A stretch of DNA of 64,000 bases from positions 62,001 to 126,000 of the forward strand of contig CT868485.1 in the NCBI GenBank assembly GCA_000165425.1. Reading direction: 5' to 3'. The notes under the pieces were generated by a model, which saw only the letters and a program-made list of their open reading frames with translations, did no database searches and was not told where the DNA came from. The translations under genes were made by a program, and so were the position numbers. This DNA comes from Paramecium tetraurelia. Lineage: Eukaryota. Positions 12,992-24,292 of this stretch are shown here, in pieces (positions within the stretch are counted from its first letter, which is position 1; each line of letters begins with the position of its first letter).

Positions 12992-13792
12992 TCACAATCT
13001 AGGAGATGCTCTTCCAGCCACTATTAATGTTTCCCCAGTCACATAACTAGCCTCTGATGAAGCTAAAAATGCTACTGCATTTCCAATGTCTTCTGGTAAT
13101 CCCAATCTTTCCACCTTCATAAACTCAGTAGCTGCTTGTTCTTTCCCTTCCCATAAAACTGAGCTAAATTTAGTTTTAATTAAACCCTAGAAAAATAACT
13201 AACATCAAATACAGGAGCACAACAATTCACTCTAATTGGAGCCAAGTCCCTGCTTAGAACCTTAGTCATCCCCAATAAGGCTGTCTTGGTAACGCTGTAC
13301 ATTCCCAGACCCATTTCTGATTCATATCCTCCGATGGATGAAATGATAACAATATTGGAATCTTTACTCTCCTTAGAAGATGAATATTATGATTACTTTG
13401 AGTAAGGGATAAGCAGCTTGAATTAGGAAATATACTCCTCTTAGATTGACTTCAAAGAGTTTATCATATTATTATGGAGTCATGTCTAATGCGAATCCAA
13501 AATGGGTTGACACAGCTGCATTAGGTACAAGAATGTCTAGTCGACCATACTTTTCCTTGATGAATTGAATCATCTTTTAAAGATCCTCAATCTTCCCAGC
13601 ATGACATGCATATCCTTCGGCTTTTCCTCCGGAATTTCTAATTTTCTCAACTGCAGCATCAATGTGCTTTTTGTCTCTAGAGCTGATAATAACTGTAGCT
13701 CCTTCCTTGGCAAATTATTCACTGATTGCCAAACCGATACCAGTTGAGGAGGCTGTGACAAGACAAACTTTTCCCTAAAATCTCTATTTCAT
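12992..13792 (-). CDS. DHRS4: short-chain dehydrogenase/reductase DHRS4-like
   Basis: GKVCLVTASSTGIGLAI, YGRLDILVPNAAV, catalytic YSVTK and IRVNCCAP. The C-terminus ...ASPRL* resembles a PTS1 peroxisomal signal. Confidence 0.9.
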
Positions 13793-13884
13793 TTAATTAT
13801 AATAAAATTAATTTTTATGAGCGCATTATAGTAATTAAAATATTATATTATAGTAATTATATCTATTCTAAATGAACTTGTGTG

Positions 13885-14549
13885 TCAATATTGAAATAAC
13901 TTATTGTAATGTCCTACAACACTATTATTAATTTGATGTGTGAGTTTGTCAAGAATTAGTTTCGCTCTTCTTGTATTTTAGGATTCCGCGTATTATTCAT
14001 TCTGGCATTCAATAGGGATCATTGTAGATATGGAAGAGCTAGTCGTGAGATGATTTGCTCGTGTCTATTCTGGGATAATTAATGAAGATTCAGAATTCTC
14101 CTGCGTGGTTCGACTCGCCTAACTAACTTAAGGAGGATCAGGGATTGTAACTTAGTAATGATAACTAATTAAGGCACAAACAATTCTATTGAGTGTTTCT
14201 TCAATCTCATTTTGAGGGTGATCATCCAGTATTTCATAATTTAGGAGGTAGAGATTCTAAGAGAGATCATAATGGTAATGGTTTTAGATGAGCTTGATCA
14301 ATCTCTTAGGCTTTAGCAATTGTTAAACTAGTCTACTCCATGGAGCTGTCTGTCATAGGTAATAATTATACACTATTAATTTAGACCCAATCTTCAGTTC
14401 CTTGAAATAATAGGATGAGGTTACGGAATGACTCAACCGTACTCGCTTCTGGTCTGAGTTCTAATCTTAGAGTCTAATATTGATATTTGATGTACATTCA
14501 ACAGAGTGATGGTGAGTTCACTTAATGCATCTATTTGTATTTAATTCAT
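13885..14549 (-). CDS. hypothetical protein
   Basis: ATG at 14549. Removing two 22-nt GT..AG introns restores an open frame. The 3' end is approximate. Confidence 0.45.
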
Positions 14550-14587
14550 TTCGGTTATATAATAATAATAAATGGTTTAATTTAATT

Positions 14588-16193
14588 TCAATGGAATTTA
14601 GTCTGTTCACAAATATGATTGTATTTGCCGGCATGAAATTGATTCCAATGTTGGGTTCTACAGTTTATTCCATAAAAGCAGTCTGGATAGGAAAAGATGG
14701 GTTCATCGTACTTCTAGCTTTGGACATATTTGAAAATTATGAAATTAATTAATTTCCTGTGACATTGCCAACATACAGGCTAATAATTAATAGAACAATG
14801 CAAATACAGTGTCAGGTGTGATTTTGACATTCAAGTCCTGCAATGGGTAATTAAAGGTTCTTTTGTTTTGTTCAAAGTAAAAGTCTCCTTTATTAATATA
14901 GTGTTCCATCATAAAGTCAAAGATGAAGGGAGCTTAGTTGTCTTTGAGATGATTGATAATCCTCTGATATTCTACATTATTGATGAAATTCTGTGGAATT
15001 TGCACCATATCACGAATGTCTTTGACCAACATCAATTTATTAAGATTTGGCTTGTTGCAATCTCCATAATAGAATTTACAATCATAGACTTTGCAAATGC
15101 AACACATCATTTACAATTATTCATTCTCCTACTCAGCTGAAAGATTAAATGACAAATATTTACTTAGCAATCTTTTGGGCATTAACCGACCGCATGATGA
15201 ACATCCAATATGAATTTGAATGTCTGTGCATTAGTATTATTTCCACACTTATCCATTGCAACTTTTACAAGGCTGAACAGGTTAGATTTGTTGGGGTGGT
15301 GGTGGGTTGAATAGTTGGAATTGGACAGCATTGTTAGGGAGTACCAGTTAATTTTGATAGAGTTGAGGATTGTTGTCATCGAAATCATCATCGTTGCTTA
15401 AGAATTCGTCAGACTCATTTTGTTGATCAAATTAATTTTAATTCTTTTTAGCATATTCTTCTTGGAAGTTGAGATAATAATTGGGATTTTTGTAAATGAG
15501 ATTCTCTTCTTTCATTTTGGCCATCAAAGTGGCAGTTTTGTTTTGGGATGGATTACACTTTAACCATTTTTCAACTAAGTTGTTCATCATTCTTGCAATC
15601 ATGATTGACTTAATGGAAACTCTACAATTTGGACAGTCATTATGTAATTGTTTTTCTAGCCATGTTGAAAGACAGGCTCCACAAAAATGATGATTACAGG
15701 GATTGGTAGTGACAGCTTCAAACAAATAATCATTACAGATTGTGCATATTAGTTCATCTGCCAATTCTTCAAATTGTTGATTGTGAGTGTTTAATTTAGA
15801 CACAATTTCATCTTTAGATTTATTATGATTTATAGATTAAATTTCATCAGAATGTGATCGGGAATCTTTGATCTTATCTGTAAGAAATTAAAATCCTATG
15901 ATTTCTTCAGGTTGAACTCGATCAAGAGGTAAGATGTGGATAGTGTCTCCGTTTTGGATTATCACTTTGTTACCCTTGCCAATCCTTTTTCCATTAAGGA
16001 AAGTACCATTTATAGAGTTGTCAAGGATTGTAAATTGAGATTCTTCAAATTCAATCTACAAGTGGAGAAAACTGATTTTATTGTTGGTGAGTTGTTTGTC
16101 ATTTGTTGGATCTCTGCCTAATTTAAAGAGAGATTTGGAAATGTTGAGAGATTCTGATGTTAAATTATTAAGTGTAATGAGTTAAGCTAACAT
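14588..16193 (-). CDS. CHFR: CHFR E3 ubiquitin ligase (FHA + RING + Cys-rich + PBZ)
   Basis: FHA (LGR..ISFLH..DNSINGTFLNG), RING (CTICNDYL..PCNHHFCGAC..CPNCR), a Cys-rich region, and C-terminal PDCFYGINCRTQHWNQFHAGKYNHICEQTKFH*, matching the CHFR PBZ motif. Confidence 0.92.
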
Positions 16194-16222
16194 GTATTTA
16201 TTTTATAAATAAATTGGTTTCT
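16194..16222. promoter_or_regulatory. 29-bp divergent intergenic region (CHFR / PH gene)
   Basis: Head-to-head ATGs at 16193 (-) and 16223 (+), separated by AT-rich DNA. Confidence 0.5.
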
Positions 16223-16645
16223 ATGAATTAATAAGCAAATGTTAAGTATGAGTTCGAAGACTTGAAATAGATAGTGAAGGAGGGTTGGATGGATAAGTAA
16301 TCGAGATTCCTCAAGAAGTGGCATAAGTAAGTTCAGGAATCTAATTTATTAGACGCTGGGTCGTATTAACTAATTTCACTTTATACACCTTCAAGAAGTA
16401 ATAACAATACAATAATCCCACAGAAGTGATTGATCTCAATCACATTGTCTCAATCAAATAGGCAGATGATCAAGAATTACAAAAAGTGAATTCGATTGTA
16501 AAAATCACAAAAATAGTAGAGCATCCAAACTCATGATTCCATTTTTTATTTAGTTGCCCAAGATGAGTAATAGTAATAATAGTGGATCAACCTCATAAGT
16601 AGTCATATGCTCAAATTGCAGAATAAAATTAAATTGTAATAATGA
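16223..16645 (+). CDS. stand-alone PH-domain protein
   Basis: IVKEGWMDKQSRFLKKWHKRWVVLTNFTLYTFK...EVIDL...QQWINLI, with two tiny introns. Confidence 0.85.
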
Positions 16646-16660
16646 ATGTTAATTAATTAA

Positions 16661-17992
16661 TCAATTTAAAACTTCTAATTTCGTCTATCCTTCCAAACAT
16701 GATATATAAACATATTGTTTCTGCTTCATCAAACATCCCTTCTTCTAAAACAAAATCAAAATGCCATCTCTTGTAAACAACCTCAAACTAACTACATCAT
16801 CCACAAAGTTTAAATTCAAACCCACAATGCTATCAATTTATAAGCAGAATTCCTGCACTTTCCCCAATCTCGAATGATCACTACTACTTTGACTATCTAA
16901 ACATGCCCAAATCCCAACATTATCGATATTCTTGGTCAATTCATAAGTTGTTCTCTCAATAAATCCAAAGTGCAGACAACCAGACAGAAATGATAAGATC
17001 CGTATGCGTATTTCTATATTGTCCTGACAATACAATTCTTGGGATATAATAACAGTGTTCTTTTGCATTGTGACAATCTTGCCACCTTCTTCGAACTTCA
17101 CTTTAGGTTTCCCCAAAAAACTTCGCTTGTTAGTCTTATCTAAGAATTAGACTACAGGCATCAATGGACTAATTATTGTAGTATCATTGAATGAAGTGTT
17201 TATTAGATTATTCTCTATGATGTGTATATTTTCAAAACTATCCTTATCCATTTATTCAACATTTTGATCTATTTATGATAAATTTAGAAAGGCAGCTTGA
17301 GGCATTGATTTGGCATCTGTGGATTTCTATTCTTAAGTTTCATTATAGAGAATGGATTGAAAATTTAGATATATTTAGGAATGAGTAGTTTTGATTAAAT
17401 GATCCATTCTTTGTTTGAATTGCTAGATCTTCTTGTATTTTTGAGAATTGCATTGCAATGAATGCACACTCTTCTCCACTTGTGATTTAAGATCATCCAT
17501 ATTAGTAAGGAATGCATCCTATACTGTGAGGAATACATTGTCAAATGTCAAAGATGGATATGGAATCTATTTACCATTTAGAATGCAATCCTATAACCAA
17601 GTATACTCATCTACATTAGAATAACTTGACTACGTAAGTTAGACTGATGATCACTATTTTCCTTATTGTGAAGATACTAAATCAATCTAAAGAGTTTCTC
17701 TCTTTTATTCACTATTTCTTAGATAACTAAAATATTCTATGATTCATGTTGATGATCACTGATGATACATTTTAAACTATTTTATTCAATTCAATTACCA
17801 TAAGATATGTTGAACTTCCTCACAATTTGAATCTATGCAAATGGCAATAATTGAATCATGATCATGCAACGAACATTGCAAGTCTTTGAATAGTTCATTA
17901 ATTCTATAAATATAAGTCTTCAATTAGAGATCGAATTCAGACCAAATGAAATTCGTATTATGAGGTCTATATTTGATCAAACATTTCCTCAT
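16661..17992 (-). CDS. B-box-like zinc finger / coiled coil / SPRY-like protein
   Basis: N-terminal CSLHDHDSIIAICIDSNC..LCLKCIISDHQH, a central coiled coil and a beta-rich C-terminus (IRIRIL..CLHFGFI..IVGLNLNF). Confidence 0.55.
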
Positions 17993-18082
17993 AATCTAAA
18001 TTAAAATAATACATCTATTTAAATGGAATTATTATTATGCACAATATTGTTTATCAAGTAGTAATTTAAATATCCAAATTTC

Positions 18083-20875
18083 ATGCTTATGCACCCTCAT
18101 TTGAATGGGTAATAAGGTTCCTCATCCAGATCAATGTCGATATCCATGGATGATTCTATCAATATGTAAATCCAACCGATTGTGTAATAAATGACTGTTG
18201 TTAACTCACATTAACTATTGGTGCGAAGACCCTCTAATCAAGTTCAAGATAACTTACGCTCACCACCTACAACCAGCGTAACTCCGTAATTGGTCTCAGA
18301 ATAACCCCCCCAAAATGAGTTGAAAGATGATTTGCTTTTAATAAATGAAGAACCAAGCATAAAAGAGTAGTCTATGTAAATAAGTCAAGATCCCAAAAAG
18401 ATTCACAAAGCAATTTAGCCCAAAGTTAACAACCCAGAATTAGTTATTGATGAAAAAGTCCAAAACTCTTATAGTAATGTTCAATGGAGCAGATTAGTTA
18501 CGTCGAAGACAAATGTCACTCATCCTTCATTCCAATTGAATTTCCTTCAAGATAAGGCTGCTGAATTCGCTTTTAATGTATCTTCACTTCAATGGCTCAA
18601 ACCCAAAAAATAAAATACATACTATTATCTAAGTAGTGCTATATATAGTGCTTACTTAAGTTTTTTCATTACGATTATGTTGGTCGATTTGGAGAAGGGA
18701 TTCTATCTGCAACCAATATATCAAGTTATTCTTTTGGCCTTTTGGCTGATAGACATCTTTAATTAGATTATGTTCACCCAATTTAAAGATGGAGAGGAAA
18801 TTAATGTAATCCAAGATCTGATTGCCAGATACTTTAAATATCAATCTATATTTGATCTCTTGGCCATAGCGCCCATAATTTTTTGCTTACTCTCAGAAAA
18901 CCTACCAGTGATACAATTGTTGCATCTAATCAACATCTGGAAGATCAAGAGAGTCTTGTATGAATTGTAGATGCTTTTCGGAAAATTAGCATTGTACATA
19001 TATTATATTTTGGAATTTCATTTCGTATAATTTATAGCCTTATCGATAATTCAATTACAGTAAGACTACCACATAAACTACTTTAATGAGTTCATGGTTT
19101 TGTTCTATAAATCGGAGAGTGCCAATGTTCTTACTTACATTGTAAGGCTTCTCATTCTAATATATTATTGCTATTGCATATTAAGATTCAATACAAAAGA
19201 CAAGTGGAAATTGAATTAATTTTCAATTCAAAACACTACCAAACAACAAATTAATTCGTATCTAAATAAATTGAACACCTAAGTTACGACCGATCTCAAC
19301 TTCCTCGACTACCTTCCTCAATCCTATGTTGAAGATTTCAGATACTAAAGATACAAAACCATCCTCTCTAAAATACCCATTTTTCAGTCTTCATTTTCAG
19401 AAAACACACTTAAAGAAATATGCAACCTTGTTCAAGAATACACTTACAATCCTAATTAAACTATCCTTTTTTAACGCACCTCAAATCAGCAATTATATTT
19501 GATTATATCAGGAGAAGTCAGAATCTCCCAGAGAACAGAAGGAACACAACCTAGTTGCGAATTCAAATTAAAGATTTTGAGTGATGGATAGATGTTCAAC
19601 AACAAGGCCTTCTTCAAGAACTCCTACTCAAATATATGTGCCACTTCAATAGGTTACTCTCAAATAGCTTAATTGGATCTTGAGCGATTTTAGGAATGCA
19701 TAAAACATCACTATTAAGAGAAGCAGAAGTATAAGATGATGTTGGATTAGATAGTCATGCAAGAGGTTTATAGTTTGTGTTTAATGCGTTGTTACGCATG
19801 TGGGAAATTTCATGACATTGATGAATGCGACCATGTACATTATGTTCCTAAGAAATCTTTTTTGGTTTCGTATATACAATCTAATGAGGTATAGAATAGG
19901 CATTCAATCAAGAGAATCAGAAGGAAATAAAAGAGAAGTAAGTCCTATATGTTGAAGATAGAAGAGAACGCTTTGCTTTATTAACAGTTAAATATTGAAT
20001 CTGACATATCTGATGAACATCACCATTAAGATGAGATAATCAGTATTCAACAACAGCATTATTTGCGTGAAGTGACCAATCCATACACTGACCGCTAAAA
20101 CTCATTATAACAATCTTAATAAACTCCTCATATGGTTTCTTAGTAATCTTTACGAGAGTCTTTGTAATCTCAATAACAGCTAGGCCATCCATTAATAGAT
20201 ATTCCAAACATCAGTCCAGTGCAATGTGTTCAACAACCTCCCAGTGGAATTTCTCACAGTTCATATGCTCAATTGCTTAAGGAGGCATCTGTGAATAGGA
20301 AGAACTTTAATGGATCTTCTGATAAGAACTCCAGTGGCAATGTATTTTCATTACCCTACAGCAGCAATGGAAGCAAAACAAACCCAAACAACGCCATGTA
20401 GAACAAGGAGAAGGACGAATTGATAAGCATCTAATTGAAGAAGGCCAAATTGCAAGACAGTGTATACTATCATCAGAAGCGGATACAGAATCAAATTGAA
20501 ACTGAGGGTTAGCACACTCCATCTAAATATCAGAAATATCACACAACTGCACCATAGTAGTAGTAGACTAAGACTCATAGATCTGATCGAAAATCTAATT
20601 CCTGCATATCTGAGTCTGAAAAAGGAGAATATCAAGTACAACAATAACAACAACAGGACAAACCAACCTCTAAATATGGAATCACATCTTCGAAATTTAC
20701 TGGGGAAACTGCCAAATAATTTATGAGAAATCCTCTAGAAATGCCCAACATTGAATTTTACTAATCCTTTGAAAAAAGTAATTAGTTTAGTGATTACTTC
20801 CCTTAATACAATGTGGATTAAGCAATCGAAAGTTATAAGTAATATTAATAATCGAGATCAAGTGCTCATAATTGA
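18083..20875 (+). CDS. cyclic-nucleotide-binding-domain (EAG/CNG-type) channel-like protein, degenerate
   Basis: TM region (RYFKYQSIFDLLAIAP), C-linker/CNBD (KIPIFQSSFSENTLKEIC..YNPNQTI..LYLIISGEVRI), CYACGKFHDIDEC..VHY and the C-terminal FSDYFPQYNV motif typical of Paramecium K+ channel families. Confidence 0.8.
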
Positions 20876-20893
20876 TTATATATATATTTAAGA

Positions 20894-22336
20894 ATGATTA
20901 TCCAACTTCCTTAAAAGTATACTCTAAACCTAATTGGAGATATCCTCTCAAATCAAGTCACCCTTGAATTTGATGAACAACAAGTGCAATAATCCAGAGA
21001 ATCCTTCCTAACATTCATCCAGAACACACAACAACAATTATATGGTTTCAACACTTTGCTAGGATAGAAAATGCCTTAACCAATTAAGGATCTCCAAAAT
21101 TATGAAACCAAACAATTAAAGCAGCTATTAGAATGCACTTCTGCAGATTAATTGCAATAAGATCTATGTAAAATCACACTGTTTGTGCTTATTAATAATT
21201 TGATCGTGAATAGTGGAGTCAGTCTAGACACCCTAAGATAACTCAAAGAACTCTTTAATAATAAAACGGAATTACACTTACCATCATCTAATTTTAACAC
21301 ATAATATTATGATGCCAGTGTCAATTGGTCTATTTTGCAAGTCCTCAAAAACATAAACGAATACGACACAATCATCATCACATTGACTAAGTCTCTCTCA
21401 TTTGCTACTCTCTTGTACAATACACACAGAAGTTTGAAGTGTATTAAAATGGCCTTCATTATAACTTCCATATCTTTTGAAGCCACCAATGGAGTTATCT
21501 GTGCATTCACATAATTGGTGAATGAAGTCAAATAACATCAAGGCCAAATTGAAGTGGCTTAAGAATTGTATAATCTATTGACTGTGGATGATGAAGAATC
21601 AGATTTAAATTTAAGTTTAAAGAGAATCACTCATAACATTCTCCAAGACGCTTATTCAACAAGATGTATTCCATAAGTCATTGGAGCGGCATTAGATTAA
21701 ATTAAATTTATTATCAATAAAATTGAATCCCAGGAAATAGGTTAAAGAGCATATGAATTTGAATTTGATAACAATTCTAAAAAAATTTAAGATATCCTCT
21801 ACAATGAATAAAACAATAATGAAACAGAATTACTATTAATTGATTATTTGGCCATTGCTGTCTCTGAAATCGGAGCTATTACTGAGGTATTTATTCTATA
21901 TCTACTATTTTAGAGAAGAATTCAAAGATTGATGAATCCAAAATTAACTAAATTATAGGAGTATTATGAAGAATATCTAAAAGATGAGCAATCCTTATTT
22001 GGCTTTCAAAATCTGGCCAATTAAGCCAGCAACTTAATATAGAAAAATAAGAAGTACTGTCATCCTGTATCTGGTGATTCTATGCCTCAAACAACTCATT
22101 TAGAGGATATTAATAATAACTTTGAAGATTCAATACTGAAAATGAGACATATCACTAATAACACAATTTAAATATTGGCCATTGATATGTTTTTGAGTGC
22201 AAGAATTATCAAGAAATTGGAATAGAAGGAGGGCAAATTGATCCATGCCAAGTTAGATGCCATAGTTTAAAAGGTGTTGCCTATAGAGAATGTCATTTAA
22301 GTTGCTTAATGGTTGGAATAATTTATATAATTGTGA
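20894..22336 (+). CDS. histidine ammonia-lyase (HAL/PAL)-family homolog, predicted inactive
   Basis: YGFNTLLG, NSGVSLDTL, QHQGQIEVA, QDAYSTRCIPQVIG, DYLAIAVSEIGAITERRIQRLMNP and HPVSGDS. No ASG motif. Intron 21887-21913. Confidence 0.85.
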
Positions 22337-22355
22337 TAATTATTAATTATAAAAA

Positions 22356-23975
22356 ATGAGTGATTATGCATCGTCTTTGGGTTTCATTTAATTTTGGGGT
22401 CACTCCAAGCAATTGAATCTTGTTACTCCTCAAATGAGCGGGACCATCAATATATTATTGAGTGGAGTAAGTGATTTGCGTCACCTTCTTGAAACTTGCT
22501 TATGCAATCATAATAGAGATGATTTACAAGTACAGAGTTGAATTTAGTATCTAGCTTAATTTTTATATTCATGAGAAAAATAAGGAGACCGTATGCAGAT
22601 CATTATTGTTATTATTGATCATGCACACAAGGAATTTTACCTACAGAGAAAGAAGTGATATGTTTCTAGAAGTCTTTGGAAACACTTTCTTAAGAGAATC
22701 TACAACCAATTACATTGACAAGGTCATTCCATTTTTAGATGATTTGATTGCTAAAGAAACTAAATTTACATCCGCGCTTAATTAAATGGTGGATCTCAGG
22801 GAATTGAAATTCAAAGACAGAGATGAAATGACCGAAGTGATCAGATCATGGTATTCATACTAAGAATTCAAAATCGAAAAACTTAGAGATCAAAGATTAA
22901 GACATCATTATGGCATTAGATTTGATCATCGTCTTAACATGATTGATTGGGATTATCAGATGAACTTAAAAGATTTTGCACCCATTGTTCACTTCATTCA
23001 TTATAAAGAATGGAGACAATCTGGAGTTGCCTTTGAATCACGATATGCCAGCTATCCAACACCTAACAGGACCCTGGCAAGTTATCTACCAGGAAAACAT
23101 AAATAAACTAAAGACAGCTTATTGGTTAGAGGCTATTGGGGAGACATAGTCGTCTCTCCTTACATTGCATTTGGAATCTATACCAGCGTTCAACCTGAAA
23201 ACGAATAGCTCTTCAAAGTAAGAAATACTCAATAAGTATCTCATGCGGTAACTGTTTCAGAATTCAATATTTAACATATGATTTAAAAATTTGATAATGG
23301 TACTGATTATCATATCCATGTTGATGAATATTTGGAGAGATAAGATAACAAATAGAAATAAAAAGAAGAAAAATAAAAAGAAGAAGGATTAGAAAAAATA
23401 GATGAAAAAGAGGAAGAAAATGAATAATAAGAATAGGAAAAAGAAACTGAATAATAATAACAAGAATAATAAGAATAATAATAATAATTAGATAAATAAG
23501 AAGATACCAATATATCTGAATTAAATACTACCATTACAGATAAATCTATTAAATAAGTTATTACCAAAGACAATATGATAGTTGAAATTCAATAAGATCC
23601 CTTATTAAGTATTTATATTATTAAAGTAATAGCTTTTTAAAAATTAAAAGTAAAAATTATACCAATCTTTGAAGATTTCGATAAATTGTATGGGAAGAAG
23701 AAATATCAAAATTTCTTTGATGTTGGCGTATTAGGGTTTATGGAATCAATAACTGTAAAAGACCCAAAGCTGAGAGAATTGTTTAAGAAATAATGTTTTA
23801 AATTATATATCCCTATATAGCTACGTTATTTGTTGAATCCACTTAATTCATAGTTCCCTTTACAAAAGAGGAAAGAATTAAAGGAAATGAAAATGTGCAG
23901 AAAATAAGTGTTAGCGACGGAGGATGGATATTGTAAAATGGAAATTTGGAATATATTACTTTAATTTAAAAATGA
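22356..23975 (+). CDS. DNAAF3: dynein axonemal assembly factor 3 (PF22)
   Basis: FWGHS, ILLSGVSDLRHLL, LKFKDRD, DQRLRHHYGIRFDHR..DWDY, EWRQSGVAFE, PNRTLAS and RGYWGDIVVSPYIAFG. Several tiny introns. TGA at 23973-23975. Confidence 0.92.
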
Positions 23976-24275
23976 AGAATTAATATATATTGTTTTTAGC
24001 ATTATCGATTGTTCTTGCTCAAACAGAGGATACTAAGGCTCAAAGTGAAAATTTAGGAGCACAAAAATAATAAGAAGATGAAGGTTGAATTAGATATAAA
24101 AATAGGGCCTAGTAAAAGTTTAGTATATGGAGTAGTAGTGATTTTGTTAGGTGGATTAGGCTATTTTATATATAATTTCTACGTTTGTCATAAAAAAAAG
24201 ATAGATTATGGTTTGGATGGAGATGAAGAATAACATTATGAAATTGAGATTCAAAAGAGAAAGGATAATTTATGA
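23972..24275 (+). CDS. small type-I membrane protein (signal peptide plus one TM, about 93 aa)
   Basis: MKNQYILFLALSIVLA-QTEDTK...[22-nt intron]...SLVYGVVVILLGGLGYFIYNFYVC-HKKK...KRKDNL*. Confidence 0.7.
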
Positions 24276-24292
24276 TTTTATTACATAATCAA

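Noticed and set aside
23310..23573. Tyr/Ser-rich minus-strand ORF
   Set aside because: Antisense of the TAA/GAA-rich DNAAF3 insertion.
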